From Gnetum montanum (lineage: Eukaryota; Plantae; Gnetophyta), in NCBI GenBank assembly GCA_015680685.1, contig MNCI01000813.1, positions 93,325-157,324 on the forward strand: a DNA stretch of 64,000 nucleotides, given 5' to 3'. This document shows positions 12,256 to 26,309 of this stretch, in pieces. Within the stretch, counting starts at the first letter, position 1. Every line of letters begins with the position of its first letter. Below the pieces are notes generated by a model. The model saw only the letters and a program-made list of their open reading frames with translations, was not told the DNA's origin and did not search any database. Made by a program: the position numbers and the translations under genes.

Positions 12256-14050
12256 ATGGTCTTGAATATACCTCCTGAAATGGAGAATGAAGAAGTTCCC
12301 TCATTGGAACAAGTTATGATAAGTGATCCCAACCCACATAACACTTGCTACCATAGACTTAGTGACATTATAAATGCCCCACAACAACCAAACCCCCCTT
12401 ATATACTTAGAAGAACTCCACCTCAACAAGAATCCAAAGATGAACATAAGACTTTTGATTTAGTTGAGGATTTCAAAAAAGTTAAAGGCAGCATTTCAAT
12501 GTATGATCTTCTACATTTTAATGAAATGAAAGATATGATTCAAAAGATACTTCATACACTTGAAACCAACAAAGAAAATTCTCCAATAACCAAAAGGCAA
12601 CTTCATTTTATGAAATGTCCTAATGCGTTGTTAATACAAAACGTGAGCAACTCCATGTCGAACAAGAAATATCAACCTCCTTTCGTAACAACTTTGGTTA
12701 TATTAAGAAAGAATGTTCACAATTGTTTAATGGATTCTGGTGCAACTATTAGTGTCATGCCACTTGAGGTATGCAAAACATTAGGATCATGAATGCTACT
12801 ACAAGCAAGAAGTGTGATACAACTTGATGGATCTAATGTACAACACCATACTTTTACACAGTATATAGATATTTTAGTAGTTAATATGTTACCCACTTAT
12901 GACATGCTTTTATCTACCATGTTTACAACCAAGTTTGAGGGCTTCTTTAGGTCAAATTTCTTAGAATTATTAATTTCTATTACAGGAAAGTCTAAATACA
13001 TGGTCATACCAAGAGAGCCTTTTTATAAACAAGTAGTAACAACTTTTGATCAACAAAATCAATCTTTTGAAAATCAAAATACTAATCTTTGTATTGGAGT
13101 CATTGAAGTTGGCTCAGCGAACATGTTATAAATGACCATGAGAGTAAAATTTCATAAATAAATCCTTTTGCTTCTAGTGAATGTGAAGAAATCTATGAAG
13201 ATGTCTTGCTAGCACTAGGAGAGGGCAATAATATAAATGAGATCCTATCCATTAAAACATTAGAATGTGTACCAAATTTTAAGAACATATCCATTGAACA
13301 TATTCCTAGGAAATAAAATTATGTTCCTAATTTATTAGCTTGAACAGCCACTACTTTAGATGCCCCTCTTAGACACAATGCTTGGGATTCTAAAATAATT
13401 ATTAAAAAGGTTATGTCTTATTCTATTTCAGATAATATTCTCCTTTCCAAGTTTTGATGATGATGATCATATTCATAAATTTTTATTTTTCAAGGGTAAA
13501 TTTAGTGATTACTATTTTAAAGTTTCTCAAATTAATAAAGAAGTAATATTAGAGGATGTCATATTTTTCAAATAAGATCTCTTCTAAAATAGCGACTAGA
13601 GAAGCTATATTCAATGACTTGAAAAAACTTAGACCTATTAGACCTATGATTGAAACTTGGATGAAAGAAGAACTTGATGGACTTTTAGAATCTAAAATTA
13701 TTCATCTTATAAAACATTCAGGTTCAACATCAAGTTTAGTGCCTGATAGAAAATGAACAAGTGAATTACAATTATGTATTGATTTTCATAATCTCAATCA
13801 TCAGCAAATTGTTGAAAGATGTTTTGACAAGAAATATGTAGGTAAAGTCTTTAAAATAGGAGATCGAGTCCTAAAAAGAGATAGAGTGTCTAGTCAAATA
13901 GGTCCTCAAAATAGGTTTTCTCCTATATGGTTAAGTTCATTCCAAGTTACAAATATCATTGATCCCAATGTGTAAAAAATTGCAAATTTGTAAGGGTCTA
14001 AGTTACATAGAGATTTTAATGCATTTCATCTAAAGCATTTCTACTCAAGT
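12256..14050 (+). pseudogene. Tat pol relic (protease, aRH, truncated RT and integrase)
   Basis: ORFs 12256-12792, 12793-13131 and 13556-13756, plus manual translation of 13260-13490 and 13760-14048. Confidence 0.8.
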
Positions 14051-16094
14051 GCCCCACGTAGACACCTAGTAGATCCTTAGCCACATGTTTTCTTGCCCTT
14101 CACCATGCATTTCATTTGTATATAGCTGCATTTGCATACTTTCTTTGCATTTCCATCATTTCCTTCTTAGCATAATGGTTTTGGTTTGATCTGTGCTTTT
14201 CATATGATTTTAGTAATCATCATGGTCATTTGAGTTACTAGGCATTAGGTCATCATAACACCATTGAAAAAAAAAGCAAGTATAATGTTTTATATGATAC
14301 ATCACATTACTATTATATAAAATCTCTTTTATATGATATATTTCAATAATGTTATGATTCTTCCCAATCTATTTCAAGGTTTTAGTTTTATTAGTTATGT
14401 TGGATTATGGAGGACGAGATTTATGCTAACTTATCATGTAATAATCATGATCATGTGAGTGTAGGATATGTGAAGTTGGAGAATGGTTAGCCACAATCAC
14501 TAGGTGATTTTGGAAAATACCTTTCACACCACCCTCCCCCCCCCCCCCCCCCCCACCCCCCCCCACCCCCNAAGTGTAATGATGCATGACTATCCTATGA
14601 GTAACAAGGTGAAATGTGTTCATCTCCATTTCAGAACCTTTAGCCACCCAAGAGACTTGCTATGATGCCATCTAGAGTGTAATTAAAAGGCACATACACA
14701 AGGGTTGAACTACATCATGGGCAAAGTTTCAAAAGGATTGTGCTCTTTGGCAGTGTAGCTAATCAGCCAAACTCATGTTGGAATTCCTACCTTAAGAATG
14801 AAGTACACCATGAACAAGGTTTTCTATAAAAAAGAGACAAAAGAAAAAATGAGAACCAAGTTCATTGATAGTGTAATAAATTCTTGACTGTGATGGGGTC
14901 TGATAGCAATCCTCACCTTAGCCTCCATTCCCCATTTAAACCTATTTCCCAACAATTCAAAAAAAAAGAGAAAAGAAAATAATCCCATTTCATACATTCT
15001 CTTTATGAATTTAAAAAAAAAACAAAAAAAAAAAGAAAGATTCCTAAGAAAAAATCTAAAAGTTGTGATTAGCTATGATCTAAGATAAGCTTGTCCTTCT
15101 TATTATGTTTGGCATAAGTCTCATGTTCAAAGTAGTCCACATACCTTTTTACTTTTACCTTGTGAAAAGATTGGGAATGAGATCTTAATTATATTCTTTA
15201 ATTATATATATATATATCTATGTAGTTAAATTTATGATTTATAAAGAGTATATGTTTTGATCTTGATTAAATAGGATGGTGTGGTAAGGGTGGCCCATGT
15301 CTAGTTCTCTCTTGATTATATGGTTATTTTTCAATCAATATAGTTTTCTTTAAAATTTAAATATGTTTGTGTTTTATGATCTTTTCAATCCTCTATCTTT
15401 TACATATCCTTTTAAAATTTTTATGATTTTGTTGTTCCTTGCACTTGCATGCAATTTCTAGTTTTGGAGCTAAGTGTTGATGCCAACGTCACCCATACTA
15501 GGCACAAGGCCATGATTAATAGAAGCTTGCATTAAAATCAAATTTTCTTTTGAGCAAATGGAAAATGTTAGCTTTTTTTGAAAACTAAAATGCAAAGACA
15601 TTCATGAATTTTCTAGAGAGACCATGTGACTATTCATATTAAGCTCCTAAATGTTTTGGTCATTTTGCATTTATCTAAGGTAGTGTTATTTTTTAAAAAA
15701 GGGAGAGAGAATGTGCCTATGAAGTAAAATGTTTCTTGTGAATTCTTTTCTTTTGCTATGTGCAATCATTTTCACATTGTGGATTACTTGAGCTATTCAA
15801 TACAAGGCACTTGGTGAATGAGAGGAGGCAAAGGTGATAGCGATTATGTCACAGTAGTGGAGACATGGTGGTAGTGAGGTAACTAATGAGGTGGACATAA
15901 TCAATAGTGGTGTACATAACCAACGTTAATGGTAGATGTGGACATTCATGGCATCGACAGGAAATAGCTTATAATAGGAGAGAAATTGGTAGGTAGGATG
16001 TAAATAATCATATAGGTCTTCTTCTCTGTAGTAGGGTAAGTGCATCAACTACAACCAGGAAGATAGGGCTAAGCAGAGTGCATCTATGAGTCAA

Positions 16095-16097
<3 letters not shown>

Positions 16098-16144
<47 letters not shown>
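16098..16144. repeat. (CT)n microsatellite within the Tat LTR
   Basis: Direct reading. A similar tract lies in the related LTR at ~62788-62838. Confidence 0.95.
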
Positions 16145-16148
<4 letters not shown>

Positions 16149-17649
16149 GGTAGGGATCTTCCTAGGACAAGCAAGTAGCAAGTATGGTAAGAGAGCAGTT
16201 AATGACATGCATGCAATATGAGGTAGTATGCAGCACAAACAACATGTGGCACAACAACAATGGCAAATAGTGAGTGGTGTAGCTAGCAAAGGATGGGAAT
16301 CCAAGGGAGATCTTGAGTTCTCTCCCTCCAGCATCGACAGTGCAAGACAAGGGTGAGAAAAATAGGATGAGGCCTCTCTCTTTGGAATCTTGGAAAACCT
16401 CTCTCTCTCCAAGTGATGTCAATAGAGGAGCTAAGCATAAACATCAAGACCAATAGCAACTGTGAAGAGGCATGTGCATCAATGATGGTAGATGCATGGT
16501 GGTGAGTGATATGCAGTGGTGAAAGGTAGTGTTAATGGCACTAGCAAAGGTCAGTAGTGCAAATAGTTAATGATGCATTATAGCAGACAACAACACTAGT
16601 AGCTAGTGAATGGTGTCAACAAGAGTTGGTCAGCAATAGCAAAGGTGATGCATGTTAGCAACAATAGTAGGTGGAAACAATAGTAGTAGTAGGTGATACT
16701 AGTGGCAATAGCACATTTCTACGTAGTAGGGTTTTGTTTTCTTTATTTTTTTGTGTTAGTAGGATTTTCTGCCTAGTAGTGAACACCATTGGCAACAACA
16801 ATGCTACAAGCAGTGATAGTGAACAATAGTGAATGATGGTAGTGCAATGACAAGAGGGTAGGATCCCCATTTAATCATTTAATGTCACATAGCCCTCTCT
16901 AGCTGAGACTATTCCTAGGTTTCCATACCAATACAAGAGGCACCTTAGGCGATAGGCTTCTTAAACAAGTTTTTCTTAGTGTTGGTGAGTCCAAAATTTA
17001 TGCATCAACAAATGTCAGTATGATGAAGGAAATGAAGATGAAGAGGAGGAATTCTAAACTGTGACTCATCCCCCATAGACATTTGGGATGCTACCCTAAC
17101 AATAGTAGCAAATATGGCTACCTTTATGGAGGACAATCAAATATAAAGGTTACTACTATTTTACCTTTCTAGTCCCAATAGTTGAAAATATAAAACTGTA
17201 CAATTTTAGTAGATTGAAAATTCTAAAGGTTGTGCACATTAATGGTGGTAGACTGTATTCATATGGTTAATACAATGGTGGTTCTAAATATGTCATCTTC
17301 ATTGATGGAAAAAAAGGATCTGTATTATCCATGGAAATGATGAAAGCTTTTACGTATGCAAATGCAACTCTAACAATGACCATCTTTGTAGAATGTATGG
17401 TGTAACATTGCTTGTACACAAATAAAGCATAACCCATATTCAAATAACATTTAATGAATATTTTTAAACATATTTGCAAGAGGGCCATGGCTTTAGGCAC
17501 TTTTTCATTATTCATTACTTGATACATTGGCCCTACCTTAATCATCATTGTTTAGGGTGTTACCTATTTTAGTCTGACTTTTTGTTTTTCATTTTCTTAC
17601 TTCAAACGGAAGGGGAAACTTAGTACCAAATTCTTGGCCATTACATTAC

Positions 17650-19100
17650 TTAACAATTTAATGTCACAATTACAACCATTGTATACCTAGAAGGTGGAGT
17701 TCTTTAGAGGGAATGCATCAAAATATCTCCTTCCTACAGTTAAGAGATTTACTCACTTTTCCTTGGTACATCAAGCCCCTATATCTTTGAATATGAATAA
17801 ATCATTTAGTTTTATCACGTGAATTACTGCATCGTTGTTGATAGCACTTGTTATTAGAATGTTCCTAAGATAAAAAAATTCATTATCAATTAAGTACTGA
17901 TCTACATGAAAGGCTTAGCGATTTGGGCACTAGACTATTAGAATTTAGTTTTATGTCTTCTTGAACAACTTTAATTGTCATGATATATTTTCTTAGTTCC
18001 TCAAGATCTTTTACAAGAAAATCTACTTCTTATAACTAATAGTAATAGTAATATTATAGAACTATAAGATCATAGTTCTCTTCACAATAATAACTTCTCT
18101 TCATAATTCTTTGTAGTTTTGAGTATTGTAAGTAATACTTACTTGGATGTTTACAAATCCTCTTATGATAAATAGAGTTATATTGTATTAATTCCATCAC
18201 TTGCCACTCGTTCCTTATCCTAGTAAATTGTAACATCATCTTTGAGATTGTTGTATCTCCAAGTTCTACCTTACTAAGAACTTCCTATGATTTAGTAATA
18301 TTGTTCTTTATGGTAGTGCATCTTTTGGTTCATATTCACTTCTCTATCATAAGGTTATAATATACTTATGACTATTGTTCATAATTCAAAGTATTATGAA
18401 ATTTTGTACTTGAACTTTGCTATTCTTCTAACTTAGCTTCACTGGACTTTACAAAATTCTTCTTCATAAGTTTTTTCTTTTATTTTCTTTACTATCATAA
18501 CCTTCTAGATAGTCTTCTCTTCGTCTTTATGGAATTGGACCAAATTATGAAATGCTCACCTTGGATCTTCTCTTCTTATTTCAAAAATTGGATACTTCTT
18601 CACTTCTTCCATTTATAAGCAACTTGTTAACCTTTTAGTTTCTTGGTACTCGAGTACTCATTATGACTCATATGCTTCATAACATCTTCTAGCATTACTG
18701 CATACTCCTACTCACTATTTCATAATTTTACAAATTGTTGTCATTCGTAACCTATTTCTATTATGAACATTATTGTTTTTGTTGTTGTTTCAATGCTACT
18801 TCTTTATCTCAAAGGTTCTTTCATCTTCTTGTCTTTATCCTTCATCACTCCTCTTATTCATATCTTTTTTATCATTGTTTTCATTGCTGCTCCTTATTAT
18901 TCCATATGTTGTGAAGTGGGAACTTGCATTTTTTATCATTCATAAGGAGTTACCACTCTTTACTAAACCATCATGAATGTTCGTAATTGTTGATAGATAA
19001 CTTAAAAAACCAATGATTATACTTTAACTTAGCAGTATACTTTAACATGTGTTTCTTAATTTATGACACCTAGATTTCATCTATTTGGATGACTTTAATA
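17650..19100 (-). pseudogene. Highly degenerate Ty3/Gypsy gag-protease-like relic
   Basis: Purine-rich minus strand with ENYDLIVL..ITIS..LVKDLEELRKYI, resembling the Gag-PR linker of Tat elements. No intact diagnostic motif. Confidence 0.3.
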
Positions 19101-19439
19101 CCTAAAGAATAAACTAGTGCATAAGTATTTACTTTATATATTGAAAAGCATTCTTCCTTTCCATTGTAAGAGCCTATGAGAGAGATAACTTAGATCATAG
19201 CTAAGAATGACATGGCTTATAAAAACCACTTAACAATTGATGTGGGAAAATCCTTCATGTAATTAAGATAAGTTTGATTCAGGTTAATTAATTATTTGCA
19301 AAGAATCCTACCAAAAATTATTCATTTTATTTAATGATTCTACAAAAACGTATGATTTAATGAGTTAAAAATAGTTATGGCTATTGCTAAAAATTATAGA
19401 CTTTGTTCTAGAACTTAGTAATGACTCAAAATTTTTATA

Positions 19440-19690
19440 AAGAACCTATCATCAAGCTCACATATAGTGAATCAAAGCATAATTTTAAACTTTTGAGAAA
19501 AATTGGGATGGAGTAAGGCTATCCTTCATTTCTAACTCTCTTTGTTCTTTTCATTAATGAGTTGCACGACTGGGTGTGTAATGGATAATATAAACATGTT
19601 GTAAAAATAGGTTCTCAAGTAGTCAACCTAGTTATTTATATAGATTCTAGTTTAATATCTACTTTTGAGAAAGGCATTTCTAATACACTA
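19440..19690 (+). mobile_element. LINE RT fragment (RTEX-like)
   Basis: Homologous to 9870-10025; degenerate QGxPxxxTLFVLFINELHDW. Confidence 0.55.
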
Positions 19691-19909
19691 TAAATTTTAT
19701 AACAATCTTGCATTTCTTATGATTTACAAGTTAATGAAGAATAAACTAAAATGATTATGTAACACAAGAAACACACCATATAATTTAAAATTTCATGATA
19801 ACAATTTACAAACTATGGATTGTTTTTTATACTTATGTCTTTAGTGTGTGAATAATTATAGATGGGATAAATGTATTAATAAAAGAATAGTAAAATAAAA
19901 TGAAATGAA

Positions 19910-22900
19910 ACTTTATTATATCTGAAGCCCCATAGGATCTATTGGAAAAATATTACATTTTCATGAAAAATACAGATAAACTTTACAAATTGACCAAGTT
20001 CCAATGGGAGTATCAAAAATAAATCATAAAATCATTTTACTGTAACATTATAATGCTATCTAAAATAGTTAGTCATAGAACAAGAAAGAAACACATGTAG
20101 CTCATTTTCAAAAACTCATAATATGCACAACCTACAAATGTGCTCTTCTCGAGGGAGTTAAATTCATCTTTCACTTTCAATTTTAAGATGATAAAAAAAT
20201 AAGAGAATCTTGTTGATAGCATTTTGATATTTGATGGAAATAGCAGTCGAGAGATAGTGAGCTTCTACATCTAGGTTATTAGATCTATTGTGATGTAAAT
20301 AAAATTGTTTCTTACCTTCTACATTAGTTTACAACTATGTTAAATCCTTTTTCTTGACTACTTGGTGAATATGCTTAGGCTTTTGCTATACGTCCTCCTA
20401 AGAGATATTCCACTTTTTGAGCCATTGCATCCCTTGAAAATACCAAGCAAAATCTCATGAATCCTTAAGAACTACTTTAGAAAACTTATCCTTCTATGAG
20501 ATATGCAAGCGATAAGTGTATATAATGAATTGGCATAAAGCTTTTTCTTCTAAAGGTAATAAATTACATTTATATAATAACATCAAATAAGGTGTTTGCA
20601 TCTAAACCTTTAACTCAGTCACCAGCCCAACCACAGCTCTGGTTCGCAGGCACATCCATGGACCATCCAACGGGCATTGCCTAGTTCATCACAGAAAATC
20701 GACGTTGCATGGTGGCTAGACCTAGGCGGCCAGGTACCAGCATGTACCTTGTCAGTGAGAACGCACAGTCCAAAGAAACTCCCCCGGAAGGTAGCCATGG
20801 GGGAGGGGGCTGATGTTTTTTCGTGATTGTACACTGAACTTTTGTTTTAGAACTTGGTTCATGAAATCTCGACGTCATAGGGGTGATCCTTGGGGATTTT
20901 TTTGAATAATTTCCCTTGCCGGGAGTGAGGTCAGCGACCCTGGCCTGCGTTGTACAGCTATATAGCTCCTTTTTTGGAATATAAATTCTCTCGATCCTTT
21001 CCGGAAAAAAAAACTCATTGAGAAGAAAAGCTTTTTTCACTCTTCCAATGTATTTCCAAAGTTTAACATTGAGTCCAGGTTCCCAAACAACATATTCATA
21101 TAATATAGTAGCATAGATTATATCCAAAAAGATTATTTTCTAATCTTTTAAGCCTAGAGGCCTAAATCCTTGTACTTGTTTTTGAAAACATACAAGAGTC
21201 TTGAAATTCCCTACTATTTTTTCTTTGATACATTTCCCCATACATGTAATTTTTTATATAAATGGGACCCAAATATTTAAAATAATCTACTATTTGCATA
21301 TTAGTACCCATAAAATAGAAGTTATAACACTTATTTCTTGTATCCCAAATCATCAATTTAGTTTTATCTACGTTCACTTAAAGACCAAATGAATGATAAT
21401 ACTTTTTGAAAATTTGCAACATATTTTACATATATTTTGCAGTGTTTGGAATTAAGGTAGCATCATCTACAAAAAAAAAAAAGAATATTCACTTCAGATC
21501 CAATTTTGATAACATGATTATCTTGCTTGTTGCATAACCATTCGTGCATTTTATCAGTAAAAATATTAAAGAGAGTTGGAGAAAGTGAATAATCTTGCTT
21601 AACTCTAATATTACTTTGGAATTGAAATTTTTTCTATGAATTATTATCTATAATTTTAATAATCACTTTCTTATACAATCTTTGAGTTATTCTAATGAAA
21701 TCTAAAGGAAGGCCAATTTGATGTAAGTACAACCATAGTTTAGTATGAATCACTAAATCATATGCTTTTGCAAATTCAATAAAATAAATAAATAAATTTT
21801 TATTAGGAATGTTTGCAAACTCCAAGTAGTATGTAAGAGTAACTAAGTGATCAATAGTAGAGTGATTTTGTCTAAAACCAACTTGACATCTTATACTAAC
21901 CTAATTACCTTTAGCCCAAGAACAAACTCTCTTTTCTAGTAGAGTAACCAAAAACTTACCAAAAAATATTACTTAAAATGATCATTTGATATTTTTTCAA
22001 ATTATTTTTATCCCCATTTTATATAACAATATAACTTTAATAGTTTCCAATGTTGATTTATCCTTACTTCATTGTTGAATTTAATTTATGCCAAATTTCT
22101 CTATAAATAGTAGATCTTGACCACTTTAATAATTTTTCATATAAACTATCTGAATCTACAACTTTACTAGATGCGATCTTTTTAATACCCTCTATGATTT
22201 CCTTAAGAGTAAATTGGAAAGGTACTTATTATACAATAGTAGTAGAAGTATCATCTTGTCCTGTAAATAGCTTATTATAAAATAAGAAAATAACTTTAAA
22301 AGAAAAATTAAATAATGAAGAGTCTTTATGATGAAAACATTATCAAAACTCTCTATATTTTTTTAAAAATTAAGTAAGAAAAATATTCCTGCTATGCCCT
22401 AATAAATTTCCTTCTCTTAGTTTTAATTAAGTGTTTATATGCCTTCACTAAACTTTTTTGTGACTCTTATTTGCATTCTTAATATTTTGTCTAGCTTAGA
22501 TGCAATCCTTATCAAACCAAGCCTTCTAAACACCTTCTTATTATGAATGCATAACTTGCCTATTTTCTATATGCAAAATTTATTCAAGCTTCTTAGATCA
22601 TCTTTCAAGAGCCCATTTGTTATGTGTTGCATTCATATATTTTTTCTTGACTACTAGGATGAATATATACTAACATTTTTTCTACTCTTATTTTTTATTG
22701 TTTAAAAAATAATTAGGATTTGCAATGAAAACTCAACATGATTATGGCAACACTCCACTAAATCTTCTTCAACTTTCAACTCCTTAATAAAAATCAATAT
22801 ATTCATAAGAACATAAAATAGAATCAATGCATGAGTTACCTTGAGCACCTAGGAAAGTAAAAGATAAAGATTAACAAAATTTAGCAACTTCATTACAAAT

Positions 22901-24440
22901 CATAAGATTAAAAGTTTTTGTACATTCTAATAGTTATCAGTCCATGTTATTAACAGTACCATTTGTAGAATGTTAGGTCTAGTTATGATCCTTAACAATA
23001 TCTAAACTACCAATAGTATGTTGTTATTGAATAATTTTTGTTTGCTCTAAACCTATCCTTGCATTAAAATATTGACAAATAAATATTGAACCTTTTGCTG
23101 CAAATTCTATAATATCTTTGCCTAAGAACTGAAAAGGATGATTATGAGACAAAATTATAGAATCATATAATGTAGCATATATAGAAGTGAAATAGCATAT
23201 TGCAAGGAAAGCAAAACCATGCTAACATAAGATTTTTAGCCAAACATATTGTTTATGATCATTAATGCTTTCAAAAAGCATGATTTTCAAGATATTTTCT
23301 CACTAACACTATAATGCCTCTCAAAAGGTTCATCTCTTTTCACTACTCTTATATTTACTGCAACAAATTTAATAAATTTAGAAACTATAAAACCAAAATC
23401 TTTTAAGCTTCAACAAAATCAAAAAGCTATCAAAGAAGCTAACGCTAGTCAAAGAAACAACTTTATTTGTAATTCCACCATCTATGTTAATAAATTCACA
23501 TCTTAAAGGACCTATATGTTTTTAAAATAATTTTTGGAATATTTCTAGCTAGCATTTAGGTATACTACCAAATCTTGTTCATGAGTTACCTTAACCCTTT
23601 TCCATTATTCAACCCTTTCTATAAATTCCTTTGAAATCAAATCCTTATTTATCCAAAAAAAAATTCTATTCTCAATTTGCTTCATGTGGCTTTGATGTCT
23701 CCAAACATGCACTCTATCTTCTACATCATGAAACTTAATAATTACATGTTAACTACTTATACATTATTTACTAGGAACCCTAAAAAATTCATGAATTTTT
23801 GGAGAAGTTATATGCATATCATCCATAATTTTTTCAAGTTTCTTAAATAAAGTTTCATTTGTTTCACCCTCTATCTCAGGGATACCTAGAAAATACAAAT
23901 TTTTTTCTTTTTTTATCTTTCTCTTTTAAAGCTTCTACAATTATAAATTTTGACTTTGTCTCTATTCCTTCAAGATTAGATTCATTTTTATTTTTCTCTA
24001 CCTTAGCTTCAAGTTTCGCTGACTTTAGCAAAATATATTCATTATCCTTTGGAGCAACACTAGTATCCTTTTTCCCCTTAATCTTCTCTTCTAGGGCTAA
24101 TACACATTGAAGATTTTCTTTATTTTATTTGTGCATCTAAGAAAGATTAGAAAGCAACAAGAGAGAAAAGGCCAAAAGTGTAGGAACAAAGCTAAAAATT
24201 CTACACTAAGTAAAGAATCCGTAAAGCAAAAGGCTAAGAACTAACTCTATTCATTGCAATGACACAAAAAAAATTTGAGTTTCATCCCTCATAGTGTGTT
24301 TTAAAACCATACAATTGTGTAGACTAAAGAGTAAGAAGTAGGTATCAAGAATAAATAGAAGAGGATCCCAACTTGCCGAAAAAAAAACGATTGTCATCTT
24401 TGGGCAAATAAAAAAAGAAAAGTTCAAATATGTAGGTCAT
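19910..24440 (-). mobile_element. Near full-length degenerate RTEX-like LINE (ORF1, endonuclease, RT, 3' end)
   Basis: ORF1-like coiled coil and HVIIKFHD (~23560-24110); APE-like region ~22740-23400; RT FIEFAKAYDLV..KLW (21634-21825) and NVDKTKLM..YFKYLG (21162-21377). The 3' terminus at ~19910-19945 matches the reverse complement of 34848-34885. Confidence 0.75.
20618..21011 (+). mobile_element. 5'-truncated L1 copy inserted in the RTEX-like LINE
   Basis: Colinear with 40323-40740, ends in a short A tail, flanked by TSD AACTCA (20612-20617 and 21012-21017). Confidence 0.9.
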
Positions 24441-25259
24441 TATGGGGATGAGACATGGATACCTACAATTTTCTAACATAAAAAGCATGAAGTTTTAATG
24501 ATTTTTTAAACAACTAATCATGTCTAGGATGATGTTCTAAAGACTTAGGTTTTCTTAGTAAATTTGAGAAAGTATAAGGTTTAAGAGAACCCTTACATTG
24601 AAGGATTTGGTTGAAATACAATTTACAGGGACCTAATTCCTATTAAGAATGCCATGATGTTGTAGTAACAATTTGAGAAGTATCGACTTAAAGAAGCATC
24701 CAAGGAATCTTCTAGTGTGCTAAGCAAGTGTACGAGGGTTGGGTGGTGGACACAACATGAATCTATGAGTAGATTCATGTAGTGATCCACTAAATCTAGC
24801 ATTTAAGACTATTTTTTGAAAGAATCTACACTTGATTATGTAGTTGTCTCTTATTGAGAAGTAGGAGGTAGCTTGAAAAAGAAGGAACAAGGAAGAACAT
24901 CTAAAACAATAAGAATCATCTTTCCAAACAATGAAAAAAAATAAAAAATTTTGGGCTTATGAAAAGATCTCATGCATCTAAGAAAGATCAAAAAGTGACA
25001 AGAAAGCAAAGATCAAAAGTGCAAGAACAAAGCTACAAATTCTACACTAAGTAGAGAATCATTAAAAAAAAAATCTAAAAATTAACTCTATTTATTACAA
25101 CACAACTTTTTTGGAGAGTTTTACAACCATGCAATGCTACAAAGTGAAGAATGAGTAGTAGGTGTTGAAAATAAATAAAAGAGAAGGTTCCAACTTGCCA
25201 AAAAAAAAAAAACAAGGTTGCCATGTTTCAGCAAATAAAAAGAGTCTCAAATATAAGGT
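24132..25259. repeat. Diverged ~300-bp direct repeat pair (24132-24437 and 24973-25259)
   Basis: Both copies run tgcatctaagaaagat..aattctacactaagta..ccaacttgcc..caaatat..aggt. Confidence 0.85.
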
Positions 25260-26277
25260 TGTTGATGCATAAATTTTGGACACATCAACATCCACAAAAC
25301 TTATTTCAAAAGATTATTTCATAAAGCACCTCTCATATGGGTATGGAAACATGGGAATAGTCTTAGCTGGAAGGGCAACGTGGTGTTTCATAAAACATGA
25401 TGTTTAAAGATGTTAGTAAATTAAATGATTTTAACAAGTTCATAATAATCCACAACAACTTTAGCAGTGAAATGACTATTCACTTTAAAATTTCAACAAG
25501 GATACTTATGCATTAATGATGTATGAAATGAAAAATCATGAAATAGCTAACTTGTTGGACAAAGATTGATCAAAGTTTTAAAGAAACATAGGCTCTATGT
25601 TTCATCCATACAAGGGGGGGGAGTTAAGTTACAAAAATTAAAAGTAGCAAGATAAAACAAAGACTTAGCTCAAAAATAAGCACAAATAGAATAACCTCTA
25701 GTGCAGCCTTGTTTGCTTGTGTTTATACAAAGCACACCTCCTCTAACAAGTTTGCAACCTCTAGCTCTTGAATCTACTTGTTCCACACCGAACTGCTTCT
25801 GGGAGTGCCACCGAATAATTAATGAAAATGAAAAAGAACCCTAGGATTTTTCCTCCATGGCTAGCCTATCTACACATGCCACCTGCTCCTGCCATCGGTC
25901 TAAACATGGATAACGGCAACATCCACCACTCAATGCAACATGAAAACATGCAACTGCAAAAACAGCAGCTACAGAACTGACATGGTAGCAGGGGAGGGGC
26001 AAGAATATACACAACTAGAAGAAGGTTGAACAGGGCCTGGCAGGTGGCTACCGCGACGTGATCCTGCAACACCACCGACGCATAGATGGTCGAAGAAAAC
26101 GAAAATTGCAATGCCGGCACCTGAAGCCCACCAGCAGACCATGTGTAGCTGCAACAACATTAGGGAACCACATCCAGCTGCTGCAAAAATGCATGGATGC
26201 ACAGAAATAGTAGGAGAAACTCGGTGCCAGGGATCAGCACATCAAGGGTCGCCTTGCATGGAGGCTTGTGGTTGACA
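25260..26277 (-). repeat. Tat-family LTR (internally shorter copy; may extend to ~26562)
   Basis: Colinear with 31856-33432 apart from a ~570-bp indel. Carries the terminal 31-bp hairpin tgttgatg-N15-catcaaca. Confidence 0.8.
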
Positions 26278-26309
26278 TTGCATGGAGGCTTACAATAATC
26301 TTGGGCCCT

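Larger units (their letters stand above)
11380..17010 (+). mobile_element. Tat-clade Ty3/Gypsy deletion derivative: gag-PR-aRH-RT(5' stub)/INT(3' stub), 3' UTR and 3' LTR (~15712-17010)
   Basis: HNCLMDSGATISVMP protease (ORF 12256-12792). FKNISIEHIPRK*NY..LLA is an archaeal-type RNase H C-terminus (~13280-13350). The RT start LCIDFHNLN is joined at ~13800 to the integrase tail (FKIGDRVL..PIWLSSFQV..NAFHLKHFY). LTR ends ..catcaaCA at 17010. LTR start is uncertain. Confidence 0.75.

Noticed and set aside
17040-17640. Possible host exon or pseudogene
   Set aside because: No recognisable protein motif or convincing splice structure in the frames I translated.
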